Part shown: positions 1 through 9,405 of the stretch, piece after piece | How the letters are laid out: each line of letters begins with the position of its first letter | Numbering within the stretch: the stretch's first letter is position 1 | Origin: an uncultured Duncaniella sp. | GTDB taxonomy: Bacteria; Bacteroidota; Bacteroidia; Bacteroidales; Muribaculaceae | Direction of reading: 5' to 3' | DNA: 64,000 nucleotides | NCBI GenBank assembly: GCA_910577335.1 | Contig: CAJTMJ010000016.1 | Span: forward strand, 15,842 to 79,841 | The notes under the pieces: generated by a model | What the model was told of the DNA's origin: nothing | What the model saw: only the letters and a program-made list of their open reading frames with translations | Database searches by the model: none | Made by a program: the position numbers and the translations under genes

Positions 1-168
1 CGTACACTCCGCAAGGGTGAAGAGATCAGTTACTTCCAGTTTGGCGGTTCAGATATCGTGATGGTCTTCCAGGAAAAGAGCAACATTACATTTACAGCTC
101 AGCCGGGTGTTCACTATAAAGTCGGTACACAGCTCGCGGTAGCTCACCCGGTGATAAAACTGAAATAA
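1..168 (+). CDS. 3' fragment (last 55 codons) of a phosphatidylserine-decarboxylase-family (pyruvoyl-type) protein, truncated by the window edge. It is a paralog of the next gene.
   Basis: Frame 1 is open from the window edge to TAA at 166-168. It translates to RTLRKGEEISYFQFGGSDIVMVFQEKSNITFTAQPGVHYKVGTQLAVAHPVIKLK. By hand alignment this matches 42 of 52 residues at the C-terminus of the 218-1420 product, including the FQFGGS motif. Confidence 0.7.
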   Translation, partial: RTLRKGEEISYFQFGGSDIVMVFQEKSNITFTAQPGVHYKVGTQLAVAHPVIKLK

Positions 169-217
169 ATCTTACACATAGACAATAATAATCCTAACAA
201 CAAATAACACGTTAATT

Positions 218-1420
218 ATGGATACAACGAAATTACAGCCTATCATGCAGAAATTCGTCGAGCTTATCAACGCCGACGGTGGTAAAATGCGTACTGCACT
301 TGAAAAGGCACTTGAGATAGTTCACCAGAAAAATGTTGTGGAGTACATGAACATCCGCACACTTGACGACTATATCGAATGGAACGATAAAAACCTTACA
401 ACCCCTTGGCTTGAAAACCGTTACGGTACAGCAACACTTGAGAAGTTCAAGACAATGTACTATCTTCTCGATGTAGCTCCTGTGGGTCAGTATCAGAATC
501 CTGAGGTACCTCGTCCAACCGACCCCGCCCTTACTCCGCTGTCAGAATGGATGCGTGAGTATCAGATAGCTCTTGGTCAGTGGATGGACAACCCTGCTCA
601 GCTCACACCTGAGGTTGAGAAGTCGTTCATGGAAGCTGCTACTTACAACATGGATGAATATGTACGTCCGCGTGGCGGTTGGAAGACTGTCAACCAGCTC
701 TTCGCCCGTCGTACAAAACCGGGTTACCGTCCTATCGCCGCTATTGACGACTCGCGTGTCATAGTATCTCCGGCTGAAAGCACATTTGCAGGTCAGTGGG
801 AAGTAAACTCCAACACAGCCGTTAATATCAAGGGTCTTTACTGGCAGATTCAGGAATTGCTTGAAGGCAGCCAGTACAAGGATTGCTTCAAGGGTGGTCA
901 GTGGACTCACTCATTCCTTAACACTTACGACTATCACCGTCAGCACGCTCCTGTGGCAGGTACTGTGGTAGAATCAAGAGTTATTCAGGGTGCCGTATAC
1001 GTACAGATGGTGCTTAAACCTGTAGAGGGTCAGAAAGATCTTCAGACAATCGTAGGCAACACTGTGGCTGTTAATCCTGACACCGCCAACAAGGACTTCA
1101 AGATCGATGCTCCTGACTCGGCAGGTTATGAATTTATGCAGACCCGTGGTGTGATCATCATTGATAGCCCGATCGGTCTTGTGGCTGTTTGTCCTATCGG
1201 TATGGGACAGGTTTCTTCTGTAATTCCTACCGCTGAGGTTGGTAGAACACTTTACAAGGGTGAGGAAATCAGCTACTTCCAGTTTGGCGGTTCTGACTGC
1301 TGTATGGCATTCCAGGAAAAGAGCAATGTAAGCTTCACTGCTCAGCCCGGCGTACACTACAAGGTCGGCACTCGTATCGCTCAGGCGTTTCCTGTGATTG
1401 ACCCATATAAGAAATTCTAA
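218..1420 (+). CDS. Long-form phosphatidylserine decarboxylase family protein (putative pyruvoyl-dependent decarboxylase, substrate unknown)
   Basis: 400-aa ORF. It contains the PSD-family DYHRxHxPxxG motif (LNTYDYHRQHAPVAGTV) and a C-terminal FQFGGSD motif equivalent to the G-S self-cleavage/pyruvoyl site. I see no obvious TM segment. There is a roughly 150-aa N-terminal extension that short bacterial Psd proteins lack. Confidence 0.8.
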   Translation: MDTTKLQPIMQKFVELINADGGKMRTALEKALEIVHQKNVVEYMNIRTLDDYIEWNDKNLTTPWLENRYGTATLEKFKTMYYLLDVAPVGQYQNPEVPRPTDPALTPLSEWMREYQIALGQWMDNPAQLTPEVEKSFMEAATYNMDEYVRPRGGWKTVNQLFARRTKPGYRPIAAIDDSRVIVSPAESTFAGQWEVNSNTAVNIKGLYWQIQELLEGSQYKDCFKGGQWTHSFLNTYDYHRQHAPVAGTVVESRVIQGAVYVQMVLKPVEGQKDLQTIVGNTVAVNPDTANKDFKIDAPDSAGYEFMQTRGVIIIDSPIGLVAVCPIGMGQVSSVIPTAEVGRTLYKGEEISYFQFGGSDCCMAFQEKSNVSFTAQPGVHYKVGTRIAQAFPVIDPYKKF

Positions 1421-1509
1421 CAGATCTCCGTCAAGTATCGCCGTTTGTGCGGCGAATGGAATGAACTCTCATCAGGTATTATGACAGGTTCATTATGACG
1501 ACGAATTAT

Positions 1510-1558
1510 GATGCTGCAAAGATGGGTCATAGTCCCCGTCCTTGCGGCATCTTTTTAT
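1510..1558 (+). terminator. Intrinsic-terminator-like hairpin (possible attenuator) between the decarboxylase and the antiporter
   Basis: gatgctgcaaag (1510-1521) pairs with ccttgcggcatc (1540-1551): 12 positions with one G-U and one mismatch. A TTTTTATT tract follows. I see no TAnnTTTG box between it and the 1590 start. Confidence 0.45.
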
Positions 1559-1589
1559 TAATCGTATCCTATAAAAAACTATTTAATAT

Positions 1590-3200
1590 ATGGCAACATC
1601 TGATAAACCGGCTACGCCTTCTGTAACGTCTACGGGCAAAGTGCCGTCGGCAGGCGGCAAATCGGGGGGTGCGAAGAAGGCTACAGTCACGATGATTGGT
1701 ATGGCAATCATGATTGTCACCACCATTCTGAGTCTTCGAGGGCTTTCATCACAAGCCGAATACGGCTACACATCCATATTCTGGTATGTCCTTTCAGCAA
1801 TATTGTTCCTAATCCCGTTTTCGCTTGTCTGTGCCGAGCTTGCGTCTACCTACACTAAGAGCGGAGGTCTGTTCCGCTGGGTGTCTGAGGCGTTCGGAGC
1901 ACGTTGGGGATGGGCTGCAATGTATCTTGAATGGATGACAGTGGTGATCTGGTTCCCGTCAGTATTGATGTTCGGAGCCGTGTCACTCGCATACGTTTTC
2001 TGGCCCGAGACCTTTGACACACATCTTGCGTCAAACACAATCTACACTTTGATAATAGTTCTCGCTGTATATTGGCTCAGCACATTCAACTGTTTCCGTG
2101 GTATGCGAAACGCCAATAAACTTTCAACCCTCGGCGGTCTGTTCGGTACCATTATCCCGGGTGCTATTCTTATCATTCTTGGTATAGTCTATATTTGTAC
2201 AGGTGGTGAGAATTTCATACCTACCGACCGTTCATTCTGGCCCGACTTCACAAAATACAGCACAATAGTGCTTGCCGCCTCTATCTTCCTGTTCTACGGA
2301 GGTATGGAGATGCAGGCAGTGCATGTGAACTCTATGCAGAACCCGCAGCGTGATTTCCCGCGTGCCGCATTGGTGGCTGTGGTGATTATTCTTGCAGTGT
2401 TTATCCTCGGTACTCTTGCCATCGGGTTTGTGATGCCTGAGAAGGAGATCAATCTTCTCCAAAGCTTGCTCGTGGCTTACAATAGCCTTTGGGCACATCT
2501 CGGATGTCCTTGGCTCGGTAATGTTCTCGCTCTGTTTGTGACCTTCGGTGTCATCGGTCAGGTGAGTGTGATTATAGCAGGTCCTTCCACAGGTATTCTT
2601 GCCGTTGGTAAAGCCGGTTATCTGCCGCATTCACTTCAGAAAGTAAATAAGAATGGTGTTCAGACCAATATTCTTTGGGTACAGGGTTTGATCGTGACTA
2701 TCCTTGCACTTGTCCTCATTGTGCTCCCTTCTGTTCAGAGTGCCTATCAGGTGATGAGTCAGATGGCGACTGTGACCTATCTTGTGCTTGTGATCATGAT
2801 TTACTGCGCTTTCTTCCGCTTGCGTCACACTGAGAGTAAAGTGAGAAGAGGTTACAGAGTGCCCGGCGGTAATTTTGGCAAATGGCTTGTGACACTTGTG
2901 GGTGTCGGTGGCGCAGTTGCCGCACTTGTTTTAAGCTTCCTTCCCCCGGGTCAGATCAACACCGGTAGCCCTGTGGTATATATCGCCATATTGCTTATAG
3001 GCTCCATCATTATCGTGGCTATTCCGTTTATCATCTACGCTAAACGTAAACCGTCATGGCATGATGCCAATTCCGACTTCTATCCCTTCAATTGGATGAT
3101 AGAAGGTCGTAAGCCTGACGAAGTTTCAAAGTGGCCCGAAAATTATGTGCCTACTCAGGATGAAATTGAAAAAGCATTCAAGGAAGAGGATCAAAGTTAA
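1590..3200 (+). CDS. APC-superfamily amino acid permease, glutamate:GABA antiporter (GadC)-like
   Basis: 536-aa ORF with about 12 hydrophobic segments. The N-terminal region (IFWYVLSAILFLIPFSLVCAELAS...GGLFRWVSEAFG) is typical of the GadC/amino-acid-polyamine-organocation family. A C-terminal cytoplasmic tail resembles the GadC plug. Confidence 0.85.
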   Translation: MATSDKPATPSVTSTGKVPSAGGKSGGAKKATVTMIGMAIMIVTTILSLRGLSSQAEYGYTSIFWYVLSAILFLIPFSLVCAELASTYTKSGGLFRWVSEAFGARWGWAAMYLEWMTVVIWFPSVLMFGAVSLAYVFWPETFDTHLASNTIYTLIIVLAVYWLSTFNCFRGMRNANKLSTLGGLFGTIIPGAILIILGIVYICTGGENFIPTDRSFWPDFTKYSTIVLAASIFLFYGGMEMQAVHVNSMQNPQRDFPRAALVAVVIILAVFILGTLAIGFVMPEKEINLLQSLLVAYNSLWAHLGCPWLGNVLALFVTFGVIGQVSVIIAGPSTGILAVGKAGYLPHSLQKVNKNGVQTNILWVQGLIVTILALVLIVLPSVQSAYQVMSQMATVTYLVLVIMIYCAFFRLRHTESKVRRGYRVPGGNFGKWLVTLVGVGGAVAALVLSFLPPGQINTGSPVVYIAILLIGSIIIVAIPFIIYAKRKPSWHDANSDFYPFNWMIEGRKPDEVSKWPENYVPTQDEIEKAFKEEDQS

Positions 3201-3219
3201 AATTTAATCAAAACGGAAT

Positions 3220-4548
3220 ATGAAAATTAATACCGGAAAAGGGCAAATCTCCCTTATGACTTTGATCGCTATATGGTCAATTTCTCTGACTGTCAATCTC
3301 CCGGGACTCGCTATAACGCCGATGCTCGGAAACCTTGACAAAATATTCCCTCATACGTCAGAACTTGAGATACAGCTTCTCACGGTATTGCCTAACCTTT
3401 TCATTATTCCATTCGTACTCCTTTCCGGCAAACTTTCATTGTCGAAAAGTAAAATCAGCATTGTAGTGGTTGCCCTCGCCATTTATTTGGCGGGGGGAAT
3501 CCTCTATCTTTTTGCCGATAGTATGGTACAGCTGATAATCATAAGTTGTATCCTCGGAATGGGATGTGGATTGCTGATACCGCTCGCCGCCGGATTGCTT
3601 GCCGACACGTTTGTGGGGAAGTATCGTATGCGTCAGCTTGGTATCAAGTCGGGCATATCGAATATTGCATTGGTGGTCGCCACATTTATTGTTGGTTGGC
3701 TTAACCGTGGCAATTGGCATCTGCCGTTTCTCGTCTATCTTATCCCGGCGATTCCACTCGTTCTGTCGGTATTCTTAAGGGGTATCCCTAAGGCTGACCT
3801 GAATCCGCCTGTAGTCACTCCGACACCTCGCGTGAAGGCTTCGGTAAATGTAGCTGCAATGGCTACAGTTGCAGGCACTCCCGCTCAGGCGATACATGCA
3901 GCACCGCCGGTTGCCGGTTCGGATAATTATGGCAAGATAGGGAAAGTTAAAGACGATTTTATTATCTCAAGACTATGGTCCCTGATAGCTGTCTATTTTT
4001 TTGTGTGCTACGCCACAGTGATAGTAAGTTATTACTCTCCGTTCCTGATGCAGAGTGAAGGGATGAGTGATTCCGAAGTGGGTACAATAACAGCTATTTT
4101 CTTCCTTGCTGTCTTCCTTCCGGGATTTATCCTCCCGTTTATCGTAAAGCTCTTTAAGCAAGGCACATTGATAGTATCCTCCTTGGTAATGAGCGTGGGT
4201 ATTATTCTGATGGTTCTTGGGAAACATTTCGGCATAATGTGCGTGGCATCTGTACTGGTAGGTTTCGGATATGGCGTGTTCCAGCCCCTTATCTATGATA
4301 AGGCGACTCAGATAGTGACCGTCCCGGCTAAAGCCACACTGGCTCTTGCATTTGTCCTTGCGGCAAATTACATCTCCATAAGTGCCACCCCTTTCATAGT
4401 CGATTTCTTCAGGTCGATATTTGACCCTCACCATCTTGTCAATAGTTTCCCATTCATACTCAACTCGATCCTGCTTGTCATTTTCACTGTTGTAGTATTG
4501 ATATTTCGTAAATCATTTGTGTTCCGTATAGACACATCATATTACTAA
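3220..4548 (+). CDS. MFS-type transporter
   Basis: 442-aa polytopic ORF with a 6+6 hydrophobic-segment layout. A Pro/Ala/Val-rich central loop separates the halves. It starts 20 nt after the antiporter stop. Confidence 0.7.
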   Translation: MKINTGKGQISLMTLIAIWSISLTVNLPGLAITPMLGNLDKIFPHTSELEIQLLTVLPNLFIIPFVLLSGKLSLSKSKISIVVVALAIYLAGGILYLFADSMVQLIIISCILGMGCGLLIPLAAGLLADTFVGKYRMRQLGIKSGISNIALVVATFIVGWLNRGNWHLPFLVYLIPAIPLVLSVFLRGIPKADLNPPVVTPTPRVKASVNVAAMATVAGTPAQAIHAAPPVAGSDNYGKIGKVKDDFIISRLWSLIAVYFFVCYATVIVSYYSPFLMQSEGMSDSEVGTITAIFFLAVFLPGFILPFIVKLFKQGTLIVSSLVMSVGIILMVLGKHFGIMCVASVLVGFGYGVFQPLIYDKATQIVTVPAKATLALAFVLAANYISISATPFIVDFFRSIFDPHHLVNSFPFILNSILLVIFTVVVLIFRKSFVFRIDTSYY

Positions 4549-4567
4549 TCGCATAAAAAATCCATAT

Positions 4568-5872
4568 ATGATTTCGTTTTTACGTGTAGGTGCGCTTGTC
4601 CTGACATTGTGCGCATCTCAGATCATAATGGCTCAGGGACATCCTGCCCGAAAGGATAATACCGGCGTGACAGTGTTGAATCACATTGCGGGAGAAAACC
4701 CCGACACAGCCGAGATCCATAAAAAGTTTGTGGAGAATGCCCCTGCTGTCTATAATATACCCGGCGCTCCGAGGTTTGCCATTATCGGTAAGGAGCGTAA
4801 GTTTTATCTTGGTATAGGCGGGACGCTTAAAGCAACAGTGTCGTATGATTGGGGCGACCCTATTGATAATGCTTTTGACTTTACAACTTCTGCCATCCCT
4901 ATGAATCCCCGCAAGGGCGATGACGGGCTTGTGCAGTTTAGCGCTGCAACCAGCGGTATGTTTATCAACTTTGTGGCATTGCCCGGAAATGAAAATCAGG
5001 TCGGGGCATATATTAATTTCAACCTCACCGGTGGAAACGATTATGGCTTTGACTTGCAGTATGCCTACTTGAAGTACAGAGGTATCACAGCCGGTTATAA
5101 TTATAGTCTGTTCTCTGATATGGCGGCTGCCCCTCCAAGCATCGATAACGAAGGTCCGTGTGGTTTCACAGCCATACCCAATGGTGTGCTGGATTACACT
5201 TTGGATATAAATTCTCATTGGAAAGTGGCTGCCGGACTCGAATTGCCTATGGTTTCGGCTACTACAAGCGATAAGAATTATATCGTTAACCAACGTGTCC
5301 CTGATATCCCTGCATACGTTCAGTATTCATGGGGTGGAGGTAGCAGCTGGTTGAGATTCTCGGCTATACTCCGTAACATGCTTTATAGAGATGTCCCGGC
5401 TGACCGTAACAGAGATATGATAGGGTGGGGTATTAAAATGAGCGGAAGCGCTACATTATGCCCTGTGGTCACTACCTACTGGCAAGCAGCCTACGGCAAA
5501 GGTATCACAAGCTATTTCCAAGACCTGTACGAAGGCGGACTTGACATGGTTCCTGATGCAGAGGATAATGGTAAATTGACAACGGTCAAGGCTTGGGGCG
5601 GATATGCAGGTATCCAATACAATATTTCACCGACCGTTTTTATCACTACCACCTATAGCCATTTGCGTAACTATGCTCCGAATTACACCCAAGGCACCAC
5701 ACCATGGGGTGAGCAATACAAATATGCGCAATATGCGCTTGCCAATGTGATGTGGACTATCAAGCCCGGCATACAGTGCGGTCTTGAATACATATATGGC
5801 AGGAGAGTGGATATGTCAGGTGTATCTCACCACGACAATCGTCTGCAGACCATGCTTTGTTTAAGCTTCTAA
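4568..5872 (+). CDS. Putative outer-membrane beta-barrel porin
   Basis: 434-aa ORF with an N-terminal signal peptide (LVLTLCASQIIMAQG). It has many alternating aromatic/Gly-rich strands and a C-terminal ...LCLSF ending in Phe, typical of OMP barrels. It starts 20 nt after the MFS gene. Confidence 0.55.
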   Translation: MISFLRVGALVLTLCASQIIMAQGHPARKDNTGVTVLNHIAGENPDTAEIHKKFVENAPAVYNIPGAPRFAIIGKERKFYLGIGGTLKATVSYDWGDPIDNAFDFTTSAIPMNPRKGDDGLVQFSAATSGMFINFVALPGNENQVGAYINFNLTGGNDYGFDLQYAYLKYRGITAGYNYSLFSDMAAAPPSIDNEGPCGFTAIPNGVLDYTLDINSHWKVAAGLELPMVSATTSDKNYIVNQRVPDIPAYVQYSWGGGSSWLRFSAILRNMLYRDVPADRNRDMIGWGIKMSGSATLCPVVTTYWQAAYGKGITSYFQDLYEGGLDMVPDAEDNGKLTTVKAWGGYAGIQYNISPTVFITTTYSHLRNYAPNYTQGTTPWGEQYKYAQYALANVMWTIKPGIQCGLEYIYGRRVDMSGVSHHDNRLQTMLCLSF

Positions 5873-5887
5873 AGATTTTAGTATAAG

Positions 5888-5929
5888 AAAGGTCGGGAGT
5901 GCAAATTTTGCGCCCCAGACCTTTTTATT
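5888..5929. terminator. Imperfect hairpin between convergent genes (porin + / adh -)
   Basis: aaaggtcgggagtgc ... gcgccccagaccttt followed by TTTTATTT. The stem contains 2 mismatches and 1 wobble. Confidence 0.4.
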
Positions 5930-5969
5930 TAACTGACTTGACTTCTTATAAGAAGTTCATACGTATTTC

Positions 5970-7148
5970 TTACAGAGCAAGACGATAGATTTCAGCTGTC
6001 TCCGCTGATGTTAGCGGATAGTAACCTCCTATGCGTGCGCCTTTGTTCTCATGCAGTTTTGCCACGAGTAAGTCTATGTCCGGATCAGGCACACCCAACT
6101 GCTCAAATGTCACAGGCAGACCTATGGAGCTGAAGAAATTCCGTAAGCGACCTATTCCTTGGAGTGCGGCTTCCCGGTCGTTGACCGTATCGATACCGAA
6201 TACACGTCTGCCGAACTGAGCTATCTTTGCCGGGCAATGTTCTGCCATATAAGTCATCCATGCCGGTGTGATTACGGCAAGTCCTGCGCCATGGGTTACA
6301 CCGTAGACTGCGCTCACTTCATGCTCCATGAAGTGCGATACCCAATCCTCTGCACGTCCGGTGCCACAAAGCCCGTTGTGGGCAAGTGTTCCGCTCCAGA
6401 GTATGTTGGCTCTCGCATCGTAATCGGTAGGATTGGCAATCACCTTGGGCGCTTCCTCAATAATAGCTTTCAGAAGACCTTCGGCAAGGCGGTCGGTGAC
6501 TTCGACATTTTCTGTCTGAGAGAAATAACGCTCAAAAATGTGCGCCATCATATCTGCTATACCGCTGGCTGTCTGATAGGGTGGGAGGGTGAAAGTAATC
6601 TCGGGATTCAAACAAGCGAATTTCGGGCGCAGTGCTGATTCGGTGCGTAGCGACAGTTTGTGCAACCCTTCCACTTTGGTGATCACAGAGTTTCCACTCC
6701 CTTCGCTTCCAGCCGCAGGAATGGTGAGGACAACACCTAAAGGCAATGCCTCCTTCACAGTCTTTTTACCGCAGTAAAAATCCCAAAAATCACCATTATA
6801 AGGCACTCCACACGCTATAGCCTTGGCAGTGTCAATAGCCGAACCGCCGCCCACAGCTACCAATCCGTCAATTTTCTCTGCCCGTGCCATTCCGATACCC
6901 TCATAAACCTTTGTGTCTATAGGGTTAGGCTGCACTCCACCGAATTCAACTGTCTTTATGCCGGCTGATTTCAGAGAATCTTTCACACGTTCTATGAGTC
7001 CGCTTCTCACTGCTGACCCCATGCCGTAGACTATCATGACCCGATGTGCGCCCATTGCTTTGGTGAGTTCACCCACCTGCTCTTCGGCACCTCGTCCGAA
7101 TACATAGTGTGTCGGACTGTAAAAACTGAAATTATTCATAAATCGCAT
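5970..7148 (-). CDS. Iron-containing (group III) alcohol dehydrogenase, butanol dehydrogenase/YqhD-like
   Basis: 392-aa ORF with GGGSxxD (VAVGGGSAIDTAKAI) and His-rich metal-site motifs typical of Fe-ADH. An alternative ATG lies at 7139. Confidence 0.9.
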   Translation of the reverse strand: MRFMNNFSFYSPTHYVFGRGAEEQVGELTKAMGAHRVMIVYGMGSAVRSGLIERVKDSLKSAGIKTVEFGGVQPNPIDTKVYEGIGMARAEKIDGLVAVGGGSAIDTAKAIACGVPYNGDFWDFYCGKKTVKEALPLGVVLTIPAAGSEGSGNSVITKVEGLHKLSLRTESALRPKFACLNPEITFTLPPYQTASGIADMMAHIFERYFSQTENVEVTDRLAEGLLKAIIEEAPKVIANPTDYDARANILWSGTLAHNGLCGTGRAEDWVSHFMEHEVSAVYGVTHGAGLAVITPAWMTYMAEHCPAKIAQFGRRVFGIDTVNDREAALQGIGRLRNFFSSIGLPVTFEQLGVPDPDIDLLVAKLHENKGARIGGYYPLTSAETAEIYRLAL

Positions 7149-7156
7149 TAAAAATA

Positions 7157-7210
7157 AAGGTTTAGATAACCCTTTGGGCGGTTAACACCCGAAGCAATTA
7201 TCTAAACCTT
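7157..7210 (-). terminator. Long hairpin with U-tract downstream of mutB and immediately upstream of the adh start
   Basis: Perfect 13-bp outer stem: aaggtttagataa (7157-7169) pairs with ttatctaaacctt (7198-7210). Additional inner pairing is present. On the minus strand it is followed by TATTTTTA and then the adh ATG. Confidence 0.55.
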
Positions 7211-7245
7211 GAATTTGTCAATCTCTAAATTCTAACTATCCGAGA

Positions 7246-9381
7246 TTATTCCTCTCCGTTAAGAAGTTCGAGCATCTTGATAGCTGATACAGGGATGCGT
7301 GTGCCGGGACCGAAGATAGCGGCAACGCCAGCCTTGTAAAGGAAGTCATAGTCCTGAGCGGGGATCACACCGCCGGCTGTAACCATGATGTCATCTCTGC
7401 CGAGTTTCTTAAGTTCCTCGATAACCTGAGGTATGAGGGTCTTGTGACCGGCAGCGAGTGAAGATACACCGAGGATATGAACGTCGTTTTCAACTGCCTG
7501 ACGGGCTGCTTCAGCCGGAGTCTGGAAGAGCGGACCCATATCCACGTCAAAACCGCAGTCGGCATAACCGGTAGCAACCACTTTGGCACCACGGTCGTGA
7601 CCGTCCTGTCCCATCTTGGCAATCATGATACGGGGTTGACGACCTTCGCGTTTAGCGAATTCTTCACACATCTGCTGAGCCTTTACAAAGTCAGGATCTT
7701 GCTTGGTTTCTGATGAGTACACGCCTGAAATAGTTCTGATTACTGCTTTATATCTGCCAACGACTTCTTCGCAGGCATCTGAAATTTCACCGAGTGTCGC
7801 ACGGAGACCTGCAGCCTTGACAGCGAGGTCGAGAAGATTGCCCTTCTTGGTGCGTACACATTCGGTAATGTCGGCAAGTGCTTTCTTGACTGCTTCCTCG
7901 TCACGATGAGCCTTCAGGTCAACAAGACGGGCTACTTGGTCCTTACGTACCTCGGTGTTGTCGATTTCGAGGATGTCGATAGGATCTTCGTGGTCAAGAC
8001 GATACTTGTTGATACCTACGATAGTCTGACGGCCTGAGTCGATACGAGCCTGAGTACGTGCTGAAGCCTCTTCGATACGCATCTTCGGAAGACCTGATTC
8101 GATAGCCTTAGCCATACCGCCGAGTTTCTCGATTTCCTGAATGTGTTCCCATGCGCGGTGTGCTATCTCGTTGGTGAGAGCTTCCACGTAGTAAGAACCG
8201 CCCCACGGGTCAACCTGCTTGGTGACCATGGTTTCTTCCTGAATGTATATCTGAGTGTTACGTGCGATACGTGCTGAGAAGTCGGTCGGAAGTGCGATAG
8301 CCTCGTCGAGTGCGTTGGTGTGGAGCGACTGAGTGTGACCCAATGCTGCACCCATAGCCTCGATACAAGTACGTCCTACGTTGTTGAACGGATCCTGCTC
8401 GGTAAGTGACCATCCTGAGGTCTGTGAGTGTGTACGGAGCGCAAGTGATTTCGGGTTCTTCGGGTTGAACTGTTTTACAATCTTCGCCCAAAGCAGACGA
8501 GCCGCACGCATCTTGGCTACTTCCATGAAGTAGTTCATACCGATAGCCCAGAAGAATGAGAGACGGGGTGCGAATGCGTCAATGTCGATACCTGCGTTGA
8601 TACCTGCGCGGAGATATTCAAGACCGTCGGCAAGAGTGTATGCAAGTTCTATATCACAGGTTGCACCTGCTTCCTGCATGTGGTAACCTGAGATTGATAT
8701 AGAGTTGAACTTAGGCATGTTCTGCGAAGTGTACTCGAAGATATCAGCGATGATTCGCATAGAGAATTCCGGCGGGTAAATGTATGTGTTACGCACCATG
8801 AATTCCTTGAGGATGTCGTTCTGGATAGTACCAGCCATCTCTTCAAGCTTGGCGCCCTGTTCAAGACCTGCATTGATGTAGAATGCGAGTACCGGAAGAA
8901 CGGCACCGTTCATAGTCATTGACACAGACATCTTGTTTAAAGGTATACCTTCGAAAAGCACCTTCATGTCTTCAAGCGAGCAGATAGATACACCAGCCTT
9001 ACCTACGTCACCAACCACACGTTCATGGTCAGCGTCATATCCACGGTGTGTGGCAAGGTCAAATGCTACTGAAAGACCTTTCTGACCTGAAGCAAGATTA
9101 CGGCGATAGAAAGCGTTTGATTCAGCTGCCGTAGAGAAACCTGCGTACTGGCGGATGGTCCAAGGACGCAAAGGATACATGGCGCTGTACGGACCGCGGA
9201 GGAATGGGGGAATACCTGAAACATAGTTCAAGTGTTCAAGTCCTTCAAGGTCCTGCTTTGTATAAATGGGCTTGACAGGGATAAGTTCAGGGGTAAGCCA
9301 TTCTTCCCCTGTGGTTTCGGGGACATGGAGGTCACCGAATGCGTCTTTTACAATGTCAATATCTTTGAAATTGGGTTTCAT
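7246..9381 (-). CDS. mutB: Methylmalonyl-CoA mutase large (catalytic, B12-binding) subunit
   Basis: 711-aa ORF. The C-terminal cobalamin-binding DxHxxG motif is present ([12 protein letters not shown]). The N-terminal TIM-barrel sequence is typical of MCM alpha. Confidence 0.95.
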   Translation of the reverse strand: MKPNFKDIDIVKDAFGDLHVPETTGEEWLTPELIPVKPIYTKQDLEGLEHLNYVSGIPPFLRGPYSAMYPLRPWTIRQYAGFSTAAESNAFYRRNLASGQKGLSVAFDLATHRGYDADHERVVGDVGKAGVSICSLEDMKVLFEGIPLNKMSVSMTMNGAVLPVLAFYINAGLEQGAKLEEMAGTIQNDILKEFMVRNTYIYPPEFSMRIIADIFEYTSQNMPKFNSISISGYHMQEAGATCDIELAYTLADGLEYLRAGINAGIDIDAFAPRLSFFWAIGMNYFMEVAKMRAARLLWAKIVKQFNPKNPKSLALRTHSQTSGWSLTEQDPFNNVGRTCIEAMGAALGHTQSLHTNALDEAIALPTDFSARIARNTQIYIQEETMVTKQVDPWGGSYYVEALTNEIAHRAWEHIQEIEKLGGMAKAIESGLPKMRIEEASARTQARIDSGRQTIVGINKYRLDHEDPIDILEIDNTEVRKDQVARLVDLKAHRDEEAVKKALADITECVRTKKGNLLDLAVKAAGLRATLGEISDACEEVVGRYKAVIRTISGVYSSETKQDPDFVKAQQMCEEFAKREGRQPRIMIAKMGQDGHDRGAKVVATGYADCGFDVDMGPLFQTPAEAARQAVENDVHILGVSSLAAGHKTLIPQVIEELKKLGRDDIMVTAGGVIPAQDYDFLYKAGVAAIFGPGTRIPVSAIKMLELLNGEE

Positions 9382-9405
9382 AATTATATAGGGGTTGAAC
9401 GGTTC

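Noticed and set aside
1496-1640. Short ORF (about 45 codons) starting at ATG 1496, crossing the terminator hairpin and overlapping the antiporter start out of frame
   Set aside because: It has no recognisable features and overlaps a strong gene start. It is more simply explained as a chance frame in the leader. The repeats and hairpin are reported as an RNA-level feature instead.
4580-5293. 237-aa ORF antisense to the porin gene. The same applies to the other long antisense ORFs at 13795-14457, 20873-21436, 23659-24183, 30316-30888, 55705-56187, 61945-62412 and 63180-63464.
   Set aside because: Each lies entirely inside a well-supported gene on the opposite strand. Their compositions are low-complexity or Cys/Arg/His-rich, typical of shadow frames, and I recognise no motifs in them.
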